In this document: piece after piece, positions 34,115-44,605 of the stretch
Position numbering within the stretch: position 1 is the stretch's first letter
How the letters are laid out: each line of letters begins with the position of its first letter
Assembly (NCBI GenBank): GCA_963757295.1
Contig: CAVWQZ010000011.1
Location: 36,899 to 100,898, forward strand
Length of the DNA: 64,000 nt
DNA from: an uncultured Actinomycetota bacterium
GTDB taxonomy: Bacteria > Actinomycetota > Actinomycetes > JACCUZ01
Direction: 5' to 3'
Notes under the pieces: generated by a model
The model's input: the letters and a program-made list of their open reading frames with translations, nothing else
Databases searched by the model: none
Told to the model about the DNA's origin: nothing
Program-made: the position numbers and the translations under genes

Positions 34115-35536
34115 GTGGGAGCGCACGAAGCGTCCAGCGTCGACCCGGCGTCCTTCCGCGACCCGGACAGCACCGTCCTGCATGCCGGGACTGAGGTGCT
34201 GAGGCGGCTCTCACCTGCCGCCTCCGAGGACTGGCGGATGCTCGCGAAGACCACGTTCTTCCGTGACCGCGTCGCCAAGGGCGACATCGTCGCGACCGCG
34301 GAGATGGACGCGGCCGACCGGGGTGACATCACCGACGAGGCCTCCTGGCCCGTCGTCCTCCGGCACGACCGCATCCCGTTCATCTCCTATCCCTACGAGT
34401 GGTCCTTCTCCCAGCTGCAGGACGCGGCGGCCCTGCACATCGACCTTCTGCTCGACGCCCTGGGCGAGGGCATGACGATGAAGGACGGCTACGCCTACAA
34501 CCTGCAGTTCCAGGGCGCGGCGCCGACGTTCATCGACATCGGCTCCTTCGAGCACTACCGCGGGGGGCCCTGGCCCGGCTACCGCCAGTTCTGCCAGACG
34601 TTCCTCTTCCCGCTCATGCTGCAGGCGCACAAGAACTTCTCGTTCCGCCCGTTGCTCCGCGGTCAGGTCAACGGCATCGAGCCCAAGCAGATGCGCGGGC
34701 TGATGAGTGGCGGCGACCTGACCAGGACCGGTGTGCTCAAGCACGTCGCGCTGCACAGCGCGATGGACACCCGCAACGCGGACAAGGGTGACGGTTCGCA
34801 GGCGACCGCCGACCAGCTGAGCAAGTCCGGCTTCTCCGACGCCGTGGCGCTGGCCGCTGCGAAGAACGTCGGAAAGCTCGTGCGCAAGCTGCGGTGGAAG
34901 CCGGGCGACTCGCACTGGACGACCTACCAGCAGACCAGCACCTACACCGACGCCGAGCGTGACCAGAAGAAGGCGTTCGTGCGTGACGCGCTGAGCCAGC
35001 GCCACGCCGGCCTGCTGCTCGACCTCGGCTGCAACGACGGCACGTTCTCGTTGCTCGCGCAGGACTTCGCCGACTACGTGGTCGCGCTGGACAACGACGA
35101 GCAGACGATCGACCTGATGTACCGGCGGCTGCGCGAGGAAGGCAACACCAAGATCCTGCCGCTGGTGATGGATCTGACCGATCCCTCGCCGTCCATCGGG
35201 TGGCGGTTGAAGGAGCGTCCGTCGTTCCTCGACCGGGCCAAGCCCGACGCGGTCCTGGCGCTCGCCCTCGTGCATCACCTCGCGATCGGGGCCAACGTCC
35301 CGCTGCCCGAGGTCGTGTCGTGGCTGCACAGTCTCGGCGGTCACCTGGTCGTGGAGTTCGTCGGGCCGGACGACCCGATGTCACGCCGGCTGCTGTCCAA
35401 CAAGCCGGCTGGGCTGTTCCCCGACTACCGCCCCGAGGTCTTCGAGAAGCTGCTGGCCGAGCGGTTCGACATCGAACGCCAGGTGACGCTCGACAGCGGC
35501 ACCCGGACGCTGTACTCCGCAGTTCCCCGTGGCTGA
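34115..35536 (+). CDS. NoeA-like protein: N-terminal kinase-like region + class I SAM methyltransferase
   Basis: SFRDP, ISYPYEWSF, KDGYAYN, FIDIGSF and LDLGCNDG motifs. Confidence 0.8.
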   Translation: MGAHEASSVDPASFRDPDSTVLHAGTEVLRRLSPAASEDWRMLAKTTFFRDRVAKGDIVATAEMDAADRGDITDEASWPVVLRHDRIPFISYPYEWSFSQLQDAAALHIDLLLDALGEGMTMKDGYAYNLQFQGAAPTFIDIGSFEHYRGGPWPGYRQFCQTFLFPLMLQAHKNFSFRPLLRGQVNGIEPKQMRGLMSGGDLTRTGVLKHVALHSAMDTRNADKGDGSQATADQLSKSGFSDAVALAAAKNVGKLVRKLRWKPGDSHWTTYQQTSTYTDAERDQKKAFVRDALSQRHAGLLLDLGCNDGTFSLLAQDFADYVVALDNDEQTIDLMYRRLREEGNTKILPLVMDLTDPSPSIGWRLKERPSFLDRAKPDAVLALALVHHLAIGANVPLPEVVSWLHSLGGHLVVEFVGPDDPMSRRLLSNKPAGLFPDYRPEVFEKLLAERFDIERQVTLDSGTRTLYSAVPRG

Positions 35537-37677
35537 CAGGGCCGACGAGAAGGCCGCTGACAAGGCCGTCGACAAGCCGCCGCGCGAGCGGTCGCCGCTG
35601 CGGCTGTTCCTCGAGCTGCTGGTTCTCACCTCGTTCGCGGTCGCCCAGCCCCTGCTGGACGTGACCGGGCGCAGCCCGGAGACGTTCGTGTTCTACCGGG
35701 TGGACGGCCTCGAGGTCGTCGCCTACGCGTTGCTCATCCTCGTCGTACCGCCGCTCCTGCTGTGGCTCGTCGTCACCTGCGTGTCGCTCGTGTCGCGGTC
35801 TCTCGGCCGGATCGCCTATGCGGTCATCGCCGGGGGGCTGATCGCCCTCACGGTGCTGGAAGCCGGCAAGAAGCTGACCGACCTGCGCGGGCCGGCCCTC
35901 GTCGTCGTCTCGCTCGCCGTCGCCGCGGGCGTCCTGTGGCTCGTCGCGCGCAGCGAGACCGCGCAGAGCTTCGTCACCTATCTGATCCCGGCCCCGCTCG
36001 TGTTTGCCCTGCTCTTCGTCGCCACGTCGCCGACGGGTGCGCTGGTGCGTCCAGCCGACAGCGAGCAGGTCGACGACCAGCAGCCAGGCCGGCGACTCGG
36101 CACCGCCGGTCGTGATGATCCTGCTCGACGAGTTCCCCCTGCAGTCGCTGCTCAACTCGAAGGGCGAGGTCGACGCGCGGGTGTTCCCGAACTTCGCGCG
36201 GCTGGCGGAGCGCAGCCACTGGTACCGCAACGCCACGGGGGTCAGCGGCTTCACGCAGTACGCCGTGCCGGCTGTGCTGTCGGGGCAGTACCCCAAGGCC
36301 AAGCTCGCCCCGTCGTACGTGCAGCACCCCAACAACATCTTCTCGCTGCTCGCGCCCGACTACCGGATCCGCGCATTCGAGACGATCACCCAGCTCTGCG
36401 ACCCCGCCCTGTGCGACGAGGCCGACCAGCCGAGCGGGAGCGACCGCGGGATGAGCGGGTTGTTCCGGCAGACGTGGCAGGTCGCGAAGAAGCTGGCCAA
36501 GCCGTACGACGACTCAGCGCCCATCTCGGACCAGTTCGCCGAGGAGTCGGCCGGCACGACGACGAAGAAGCCGAAGCTCACCATCGACAAGGCACAGACG
36601 CAGCCGAACTGGAAGACGTTGCGGGCCAACCAGCCCGAGCGCTTCCAGCGGTTCGTCGCCGGGCTGAAGCCCAGCGACGAGCCGACGATGCACTTCCTGC
36701 ACCTGTTGCTGCCGCACCACCCGTGGCGCTACCTCCCGTCCGGCGCGACGCATCCGCCCAGGCTGCTCGGCGGCGTCGCGGGTGGGTGGGGGACCTACGC
36801 GTGGCCGCTCGAGGTGAACCGGCAGTCGCACCTGCTGCAGCTCGCCTACACCGACCGGCTGCTGGGCGATGTCATCGACCGGATGGAGAAGCAGGGCATC
36901 TGGGACGACTCGCTGGTCGTCGTCACCGCCGACCACGGCGAGTCGTTCCTCCCCGGAACAGCTGGCCGACGTCTCACCCGCGGCCCCGACACCGAGGCTC
37001 AGGTCGCGTGGGTGCCGGTGTTCCTCAAGGAGCCGGGACAGACGAAGGGCACGACCAGCGACGCGAACTGGGAGCAGGTCGACCTGCTCCCGACCATGGC
37101 CGACGCGCTGCACACGGACGTGCCCTTCAAGGTCGACGGCATCTCGCAGCTGTCCGGCAGCCGTGACCGCACCGAGAAGACCTTCTACAACAGCCCGGGC
37201 GACCGGATGGAGTTCCCCGGCGCGCCCGGTTTCCGGATCGTCCTGGAAGGCGTCACCGACACGCTGGTGCGCGGTTCGATGGGGCAGGACGGTCTCTACG
37301 TCATGGGCAGCCGGCCCGACTGGATCGGCAAGAAGGTGTCCAGCCTGACGTCCCTCGGGGTCGACGTCTCCGGTGCGCCGAGCCCGATGAGCGCCCAGCT
37401 CTCGTCCGAGCTCGACTTCGACGCCGTCGACCCGGCCAGCGGGCTCGTGCCGGCGCTGGTGACCGGACGGCTGCAGCAGTCGGCGGGGCGTGGCCCCGTG
37501 GTGATTGCCGTCAACGGCACGGTGGCCGCGGTGTCGGAGGTCTACCCGGAGGTCGGCAAGCCCTCCTTCGCCGGCTACGTGAACGACAAGCTGTTCAAGG
37601 CCGGGAAGAACGACCTGAAGCTCTACGAGGTCGTCGGCGACACCGATCCGCAGCTGCGGCCGATCCGGATCCGCTGA
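35529..37677 (+). CDS. Membrane-anchored sulfatase/alkaline phosphatase superfamily transferase (frameshift ~36075)
   Basis: 5 N-terminal TMs; LLDEFP, FTQYAVP, HLLLPHHPW and TADHG motifs. Confidence 0.85.
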
Positions 37678-37782
37678 CCCTCGCCGACGCCGCCTTGCTC
37701 TGGCCACTGTCCGAATGTGGCCACGTAGGATCGGGCACCGCGCCTTCGTTTGAGACTGTCCCTACCGGGGAGGCGGCTGTGA

Positions 37783-39944
37783 ATGACTGGTTGGTCGTAC
37801 GCCGGGGAGCCGGCCGCGCTCGGTAGCGCCGGCGTCACGCTGGTCGAGGGATCGTCCTTCTGCGTCTGCGAGAGCAGCGGGGACATGCGCGACGGCACTC
37901 CGCAGGGCGTCTTCTTCCAGGACACCCGGATCATCAGCCGGTGGAAGGTGACGCTGGACGGCGATCCCGTCGAGTCGCTGGCCGTCGTCAGCGAGGAGCC
38001 GTGGCGCGCCACCTTCGTCGGCCGCGGCGCCCCGCGCCGGGGCGCGTCGAGAGCACGTTGCTGCTCCGGCGGGACCGCTACGTCGGCCAGGGGATGCGCG
38101 AGGACCTCATCCTGGAGAACCTCGCCGGCGAGCCGGCCGCCGTCAGGATCGAGGTCATCTGCGACGCCGACTTCGCCGACCTGTTCGAGGTGAAGGAGTG
38201 CCGGGTGCCGCCCCGTCCGCGGCCGGACGTGCACGGTCCTGGACGGCGCGCTGCAGCTGGTGCGCAGCTACGTGTCCCGCGGCTCGCGCCGGGGCGTCGC
38301 AGATCACCTCCGAGGGGGCAGTTGCCTCCACTGAAGGGCTGACCTTCGACGTCGTCATCCCGCCGCGGGACAAGTGGCAGGGCTGCGTGCAGGTCGTGCC
38401 GATCATGGACGACCGCACACTCAGCCCGCGCTTCCCGACGGGCCAGCCGCTCGCCGAGTCCGGGGCGGCGCTGCGGGCGAAGGCGTGGCGCGAGCAGGTG
38501 CCGGTGGTCGACACGCCCGACCCCGGCGCTGGCCCGGACGCTGGAGCGGACCCAGGTGGACCTGGGTGCCCTGCGGATCGTCGACCCGGAGCAGCCGGAC
38601 AGTCGAAGTCGTCGCCGCCGGCGCGCCCTGGTTCATGACGTTGTTCGGCCGCGACTCCCTGCTGACGTCGTACATGGCCTTGCCGCTGGACCAGGGCCTG
38701 GCCCTCGGCACCCTGCGCACGCTGGCGCGGCTGCAGGGCGAGCGTGACGACCCGACCTCGGAGGAGGAGCCGGGCCGCATCCTGCACGAGGTGCGGTTCG
38801 GCGCCGAGCCGGCGCTCGCCCTCGGCGGCGGCAACGTCTACTACGGCACGGTCGACGCGACGCCGCTGTTCGTGGTGCTGCTCGGCGAGCTGCGCCGCTG
38901 GGGGCTGGAGCCGTCGCAGGTCGACCAGCTGATGCCGCACGCGGAGCGGGCCCTGGAGTGGATCGTCGAACGAGGCGACCGCGACGGCGACGTGTTCGTC
39001 GAGTACCAGCGGGCCACCGACCGTGGGCTGGCCAACCAGGGGTGGAAGGACTCGTGGGACGGCGTCACCTTCGCCGACGGGACCGTCGCCCGCGGCCCGA
39101 TCGCGCTGTGCGAGGTCCAGGGCTACGCCTACGCGGCCTACCTGGCGCGCGGCGCACTTCGCGTGGGAGGCAGGCGACGACGACACGTTCCGGCTGTGGG
39201 CCGACCGCGCGGCGCAGCTCAAGGAGGCGTTCAACGAGCGCTTCTGGCTGCCGGACCGCGGCTGGTTCGCCCTCGCCCTCGATGGCGCGAAGCGACCGGT
39301 CGACTCGCTGGCCTCCAACATGGGCCACTGCCTCTGGAGCGGGATCGTCGACGAGGACAAGGCGCCGGCCGTCGCCGAGCGGCTGCTGTCGCCGGAGATG
39401 TTCTCCGGCTGGGGTGTGCGCACGCTGGCCAGCACGATGGGTGCCTACAACCCGATGAGCTACCACAACGGCTCCGTGTGGCCGCACGACAACGCGCTGA
39501 TCGCGTGCGGGCTGATGCGCTACGGCTTCGTGGAGGAGGCGCAGCGGATCGCGATGGCGCTGCTCGAGGCGGCCGACGAGTTCGGCGGTCGCCTGCCGGA
39601 GCTGTTCTGCGGCTTCGACCGAGCGACGTTCGGCCGGCCGGTGCCGTTCCCGACGTCGTGCTCACCGCAGGCCTGGGCCTCCGCGACTCCCGTCCAGCTC
39701 CTCCGCACGCTGCTGCGGTTCGACCCCTGGGTGCCCCACGGCCAGGCCTGGTTGGCGCCGGCCCTGCCAGCCGGGCTTCCCCGACCTCGTTCTGCGCAAC
39801 CTGCCGCTGGCGGGCTCGCGGGTCACCCTGGACCTGCGCGACGGACGGGTTGCGTCACTGGACGGCGTACCCGCGGGGATCGAGATCATTCCCGAGCCCC
39901 GGCCCATCAGCAGCTCGGTGCATAAGACCAGCAGCGCCGGGTAG
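37783..39944 (+). CDS. Amylo-alpha-1,6-glucosidase / glycogen debranching family (frameshifts)
   Basis: AGAPWFMTLFGRDS, EEPGRILHE, NQGWKDS, YHNGSVWPHDN and RLPEL motifs. Confidence 0.9.
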
Positions 39945-39981
39945 CACGGCCAGCACCTCACTCCGCCCCGGGAGGTGCTTG

Positions 39982-41013
39982 ATGTCGGCTGATCCTCTGC
40001 GGATTGCCATGGTGGCGCCGCCGTACTACCCGATCCCACCGCAGGGCTACGGGGGCATCGAGGCAGTAGTCGCGATGCTCGTCGACGGCCTGGTCGACCG
40101 CGGTCACGACGTGACGTTGATCGCGGCAGGTGAGGCCGGGACCAAGGCGCCGACGCTGCCCACGTTCGACGAGCCCCAGTGGCCCCGTCTCGGACAGGCC
40201 GACCCCGAGCTGCTGCATGCCGCGCGCGTCTCGGGTCTCCTGGCGGACCTTGCCCCTGACGTCGTCCACGACCACACCGCGCACGGCCCTGCGTTCGCCC
40301 GCGAACGGGCCCTGCCGATGACGATCACGTCGCACGGGCCGGCTACCGGTCACTGGGGCGAGTACCTCGCCGCAGCAGGGCCGGACATCTGCCTGGTCGC
40401 CATCTCGCAGTCGCAGATCGATCTCTCCCCGGAGCTGCCCTGGTACGGCGTCGTGCACAACGCCCTCGACGTCTCGGACGATCCCCTGCTTCGACGAGAA
40501 GGAGGACTACGTGGTCTGGCTCGGCCGGCTCTCGCCGGACAAGGGCGCCGGCCTCGCGATCGACGTGGCCCGGCAGGCCGGCCGTCGCATCGTGCTCGCC
40601 GGCAAGTGCAGCGAGCCGGACGAGAAGGAGTGCTTCGCGAAGGAGGTGGAGCCGCATCTGGGGCCCGATGTCGAGTACGTCGAGGAGCTCAACGCCGAGG
40701 AGAAGTACGAACTCCTCGGGCGCGCATCGGCGTTCGTCTTCCCGCTGCAGTGGGAGGAGCCGTTCGGCATGGTGCTGGTCGAGGCGATGGCGTGCGGCAC
40801 GCCGGTCCTGTCGCTCGACCGTGGTGCCGTCCCGGAGGTCGTCGTCGACGGTGAGACGGGCTTCGTGCGGCATCAGGCCGATGAGCTCGTCGACGCGCTG
40901 CGCCACTGGACGAGATCGACCCGAGGGCCTGCCGCAGGCACGTCGAGGAGAACTTCGCGCCTGCCAAGATGGTCGAGGCGTACGAGAAGGTCTATCGCGC
41001 CTGCATGGCGTAA
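39982..41013 (+). CDS. Glycosyltransferase family 4 (frameshifts)
   Basis: PPQGYGGIE and WEEPFGMVLVEAMACGTP motifs. Confidence 0.9.
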
Positions 41014-41026
41014 GAAGCAGGCGTCG

Positions 41027-41509
41027 CTAGCCCGCCTTGTTCGCCTTGAGGTCGTACTTGAAGTGGACTCCGACGTCGAGCGATCCATCTGGCTTCTGCG
41101 GCTTGTACTCGAGGTCGACCTTCGCGAACGCGAGCGCGACGCCCTCCATCGTGGCGTCCCCCTCGGCACTGACGCTCGTGGAGACGCTCGTGACGAGGAC
41201 GTCGGTCATCGTGATGACCAGATACTCCTGCTGGCCCTTGCCGGCCTTGCGGACCGTGATCGTCGCATCCTTGATGTGCTCACCCGTGGCGCACGCCTTC
41301 ATCAGGACGGGCGACGCCTTGTCGACGTGATGGGTGAAGTTGAAGTCGTGGAAGCTCGCCTTGCCTTTGCCGCCTCCTCCTCCGGAGGGCATCGTGCCGG
41401 TCTGGGACACGCCCCACGACCACGACAGGACCTCGATCTCGTCCTTGTGCTTGGCATCCCGCGACTCGCCCTTGATCGTGCCGATCCTGGCGAAAATCGA
41501 GACGGCCAT
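41027..41509 (-). CDS. hcp: Type VI secretion tube protein Hcp (orphan)
   Basis: IKGESRDAKHKDEIEVLSWSWGV, DKASPVL...CATGEHIK and YKPQK motifs; 160 aa with strong RBS. Confidence 0.92.
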   Translation of the reverse strand: MAVSIFARIGTIKGESRDAKHKDEIEVLSWSWGVSQTGTMPSGGGGGKGKASFHDFNFTHHVDKASPVLMKACATGEHIKDATITVRKAGKGQQEYLVITMTDVLVTSVSTSVSAEGDATMEGVALAFAKVDLEYKPQKPDGSLDVGVHFKYDLKANKAG

Positions 41510-41632
41510 GATGGGCTCCTCCCCTTGGGCTGCGTTGGCGGACGGCCACAAGGTGGACCTGTCGGCGGCCGGTGTCAACCTCCCCCGAGGGGCTCGCGTG
41601 CGAAGGGCCTTCCGACCTGCGGTTTCGCGGAG

Positions 41633-41705
41633 TGCCCCCGGCAGGATTCGAACCTGCGACACACGGTTTAGGAAACCGATGCTCTATCCCCTGAGCTACG
41701 AGGGC
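41633..41705 (-). tRNA. tRNA-Arg(CCT)
   Basis: GCCCTCGTAGCTCAGGGGATAGAGCATCGGTTTCCTAAACCG...GTTCGAATCCTGCCGGGGGCA cloverleaf; CCA not encoded. Confidence 0.95.
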
Positions 41706-41769
41706 GCGCAGCAGAAGCGGAGGTCATCGTATCGACCGCTCGCCGTCCGGCGGGTCCTGGCTGGGGCCG

Positions 41770-42729
41770 TCAGTTGGTCGGCGAGCCCGGTGGTGCGCCC
41801 GGCGGACTGCCGCCGGGACCCGGTCCGCCACCTCCACCGCCGCTGGGCTTGGTCGATGTGTCGATGCGTACGGCGAGCTTGACGGTGTAGCCGTCGTCGA
41901 TGTTTCCGGTGGTGGTGGCGAGCTGGCTTGCTCCGCCGTCGTCACCGAAGACGTTGTCGGTGGCCAAGCTCAGCTGACTCAGGTTGCTCACGGACTGCTC
42001 GTAGCCGGTCGTGGCGTAGACCTTGTCGCAGATCGCCTTCGGCAGCGCGACCTGGGAGGTGGCGATCGCGTTGGTGGAGTCGCTGATGCTCTCCTGGTCG
42101 GGGTAGACCTCGAAGTGGATGTGCGGCCAGCGGCCGGAGTAGCACGCGGGGAAGATGCTCGTGAAGCGGACGATGCCGTCGTCGTCTGCGATCTGCGCTC
42201 CGCGCAGGTAGTTCTGGTCCTCGACGCCTTCGGAGTAGAGCGAGTACCTTCCTTCGCGGTCGCAGTGCCACACGTAGACCGCGGCCCCGGCGAACGCAGA
42301 TCCCCCGTCCGCGAGGTCGCTGAGTGCGAGCTCCAGGGTCATGGGAATCCCCTCCGCGGTGCCGCTGGCGTCCCCGAAACTGGATCGGATGTCGCTGCGG
42401 ACGATGCCGCTCTCCTCGAGAACGTCCGGCCCGTTGGAGCCGTCACCGGGGTACGGGCCGGCGGTCTCGTCGGGGATCTCGCCGCCCGCTGCGGTCGTTG
42501 CTGACGTCGACCCGCCGGTCGTTGCGGTCGTTGCTGCAGTCGTCCCACTGGCTCCGGGGTCGCTGCTGCATGCCGCCAGCCCCAGGGCGAGCGAGCCGAG
42601 GCCGAGAACGCGCAGGGCCGACCGGCGGTCGAGGACCGTCTGGACGTCGAACCCGAGGCCCTGGTCCTCGAGGTCCTCAGTGGGGCGCGGGAGCGGCCGT
42701 CCGCGCCATGTCCTGAGCGTTCTGCTCAT
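41770..42729 (-). CDS. Intradiol ring-cleavage dioxygenase-like exported lipoprotein
   Basis: DRRSAL twin-Arg, LAAC, ETAGPYP, WHCD and GRWPHIHFEV motifs. Confidence 0.88.
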   Translation of the reverse strand: MSRTLRTWRGRPLPRPTEDLEDQGLGFDVQTVLDRRSALRVLGLGSLALGLAACSSDPGASGTTAATTATTGGSTSATTAAGGEIPDETAGPYPGDGSNGPDVLEESGIVRSDIRSSFGDASGTAEGIPMTLELALSDLADGGSAFAGAAVYVWHCDREGRYSLYSEGVEDQNYLRGAQIADDDGIVRFTSIFPACYSGRWPHIHFEVYPDQESISDSTNAIATSQVALPKAICDKVYATTGYEQSVSNLSQLSLATDNVFGDDGGASQLATTTGNIDDGYTVKLAVRIDTSTKPSGGGGGGPGPGGSPPGAPPGSPTN

Positions 42730-42811
42730 CGTTGCTGTCCTCCGTGCGTACGTCGGCGGGTGCGGTCACTCACCCGTGCAACGTCAGTCTGGAGACACAC
42801 CCGAGGAAGGC

Positions 42812-42839
42812 GCTGTCCGACGCCTGTGCGTTTCCTGTG
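42812..42839 (-). promoter_or_regulatory. 11-bp periodic CACAGG repeats (PhoP/OmpR-type site)
   Basis: gctgtc at 42812, cctgtg at 42823, cctgtg at 42834. Confidence 0.5.
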
Positions 42840-42887
42840 TAGGCAGCGTCGTGCGCCTGCGCTACGGCAGGCGCGGCCCTGCTGGGC

Positions 42888-43112
42888 TCAGAGCTTGTTG
42901 AGCTTGGTGTACGGCGTGGTGATGCGCACGCGCTGGATGCCGAAGTCGACGAGGACTGCGACCTCCTGCTCGATGCCCACGACCGAGCCAAGCCCGTAAC
43001 GGTCGTGGGTGACCCTGTCGTTCACGGCGAAAACCTCAACCTGCCGTGCGACGGGGGCGCTGAAGGGACTGCTCGGCAGATGGCGTCGGGTCACGGCGCG
43101 GGACTGTGTCAT
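42888..43112 (-). CDS. Small Tudor-like hypothetical protein
   Basis: FAVNDRVTHDRYGLGSVV...VLVDFG. Confidence 0.75.
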   Translation of the reverse strand: MTQSRAVTRRHLPSSPFSAPVARQVEVFAVNDRVTHDRYGLGSVVGIEQEVAVLVDFGIQRVRITTPYTKLNKL

Positions 43113-43306
43113 CAGCTCTCATTATGCCTGTCCCGAACGCGTTGCGGCAGGGTCAGATCGGAGTTATCCGCCAGATGGCGCACGGCATGCGCGGAGGGTG
43201 ACGTCTCGTACTCGAATCTGCTTTGGAGTCGTCCCAGGGTTTGACAGCGCCACCCCTACCGTGCTCTGGCGCGGGGCCGAGGGCACAGGCGGCTAGGCTC
43301 GATGAC

Positions 43307-43445
43307 GTGAGCGAACCTGCCGGCCACGACCCCGACCTGCCCCCCGAGCAGTCGACGGACGACACCGATCGTCGGCTGGGGCGAGCGACCGGACGAGGCC
43401 GACGACGACGAGCGCATCGCTCGCGAGAAGCCGCCGCACTACTGA
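43307..43445 (+). CDS. Small acidic protein convergent with mscL (frameshift)
   Basis: LPPEQSTDDTD..GWGE...ERIAREKPPHY*. Confidence 0.6.
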
Positions 43446-43455
43446 CCGGCTGAGC

Positions 43456-43853
43456 TCAGATGCTCCGCTGCTGCAGCGAGTCGCGGATCTCCCGCAGCAG
43501 CACGATGTCCTCGGTCGGCGCCTCGACCGGCGGCTCCTCGCCGCGGTTCCGACGCTCCATCAGCCGGGTCATGGGCACCACCACGATGAAGTAGACGGCG
43601 GCCGCGACGATCGACGAAGTTGAGGATTGCCGTGATCAGCGCGCCGATGTCGACGAACGTCTTGTCGTCGCCGTCGCGGATGTAGAACCCGAGCCCGACC
43701 GAGTCCTCGCCCGCCCACGGCGTTGATGATCGGCTGGATGATCTTCTCCGTGAACGTCATGATGACGCCCGCGAACGCGACGCCGATCACGAAGGCCACG
43801 GCGAGATCGACGACATTGCCGCGGAGCAGGAAGTCCTTGAAGCCTTTGATCAT
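43456..43853 (-). CDS. mscL: Large-conductance mechanosensitive channel (frameshifts)
   Basis: [20 protein letters not shown]; LLREIRDSL. Confidence 0.93.
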
Positions 43854-43911
43854 GGTGATCCCTTTCGGGCCGAGGGCAACGACCACAACGTGCCAGAGAT
43901 GATCTCGGCTG

Positions 43912-44605
43912 TCACCCGGCGTTGATCGTCAACGACAAGCGCGGGCCGTGACGGCGGCGGAGGCCAGCCGCGCCGCGGTCTGCGACGTGGTGGCGAGTAC
44001 GACGAGCGCGCCCTCCCCGAGGTCGCCGCCGGACAGCGCGGACTCGTCATCGCGCGGAACCGTGACCACGCGGACATCCGACGCGACCAGCCGCGCCTCA
44101 CTCGCCACGCGTCTCGCCGTCCGTCCCGCCAACGCCGTCGGCCGCCAGCACGTCGATGACATCACCAGGCTGCAGCAGCGCCGCCGACCCGGCATCGGCG
44201 ATGCGGACCGGAGCGGCAACCAGCTGGTCGCCGTAGCCCGCGAGCAGGGCGGGCCCCACCAGGCGGACGTCGGTGATCGTCTCGCCGGCTCGCACCGGGA
44301 CGGCGAGGCACCCGGCCCGTCAGCTGCGCCTCATCGGTGATCGCGCCGGCCGGCACCGACTCCGGTGGCACCTTCACGATCCGCAGGTCATCGGCGGAGA
44401 TCGTCGTACCGCCGGACAGGTCGCGCGCCGCTGCGGCCACCTGCGCGCTGGGCGGGGGTGCCGGCGACACGGCCGAGATGGCACACGCGGCCGAGCCGGC
44501 GAGCAGGCCCGCGGCAAGAACCCGGCGCCGACGGGCCAGCGTCGCCCGGAGGTCGAGCCGCCAGGCGGCGGATGCGCCACGGACCGACCGGCGCGGCTCG
44601 GTCAC
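43912..44605 (-). CDS. SAF/CpaB-like domain protein (frameshifts)
   Basis: [18 protein letters not shown] and [10 protein letters not shown] motifs. Confidence 0.8.

Noticed and set aside
41510-41662. N-terminal extension of Hcp in the 211-aa ORF
   Set aside because: It overlaps tRNA-Arg; the real start is ATG 41509 with an RBS.
27561-43300. Prophage, ICE or IS element at tRNA-Arg
   Set aside because: No integrase, transposase, terminal repeats or att duplication were found.
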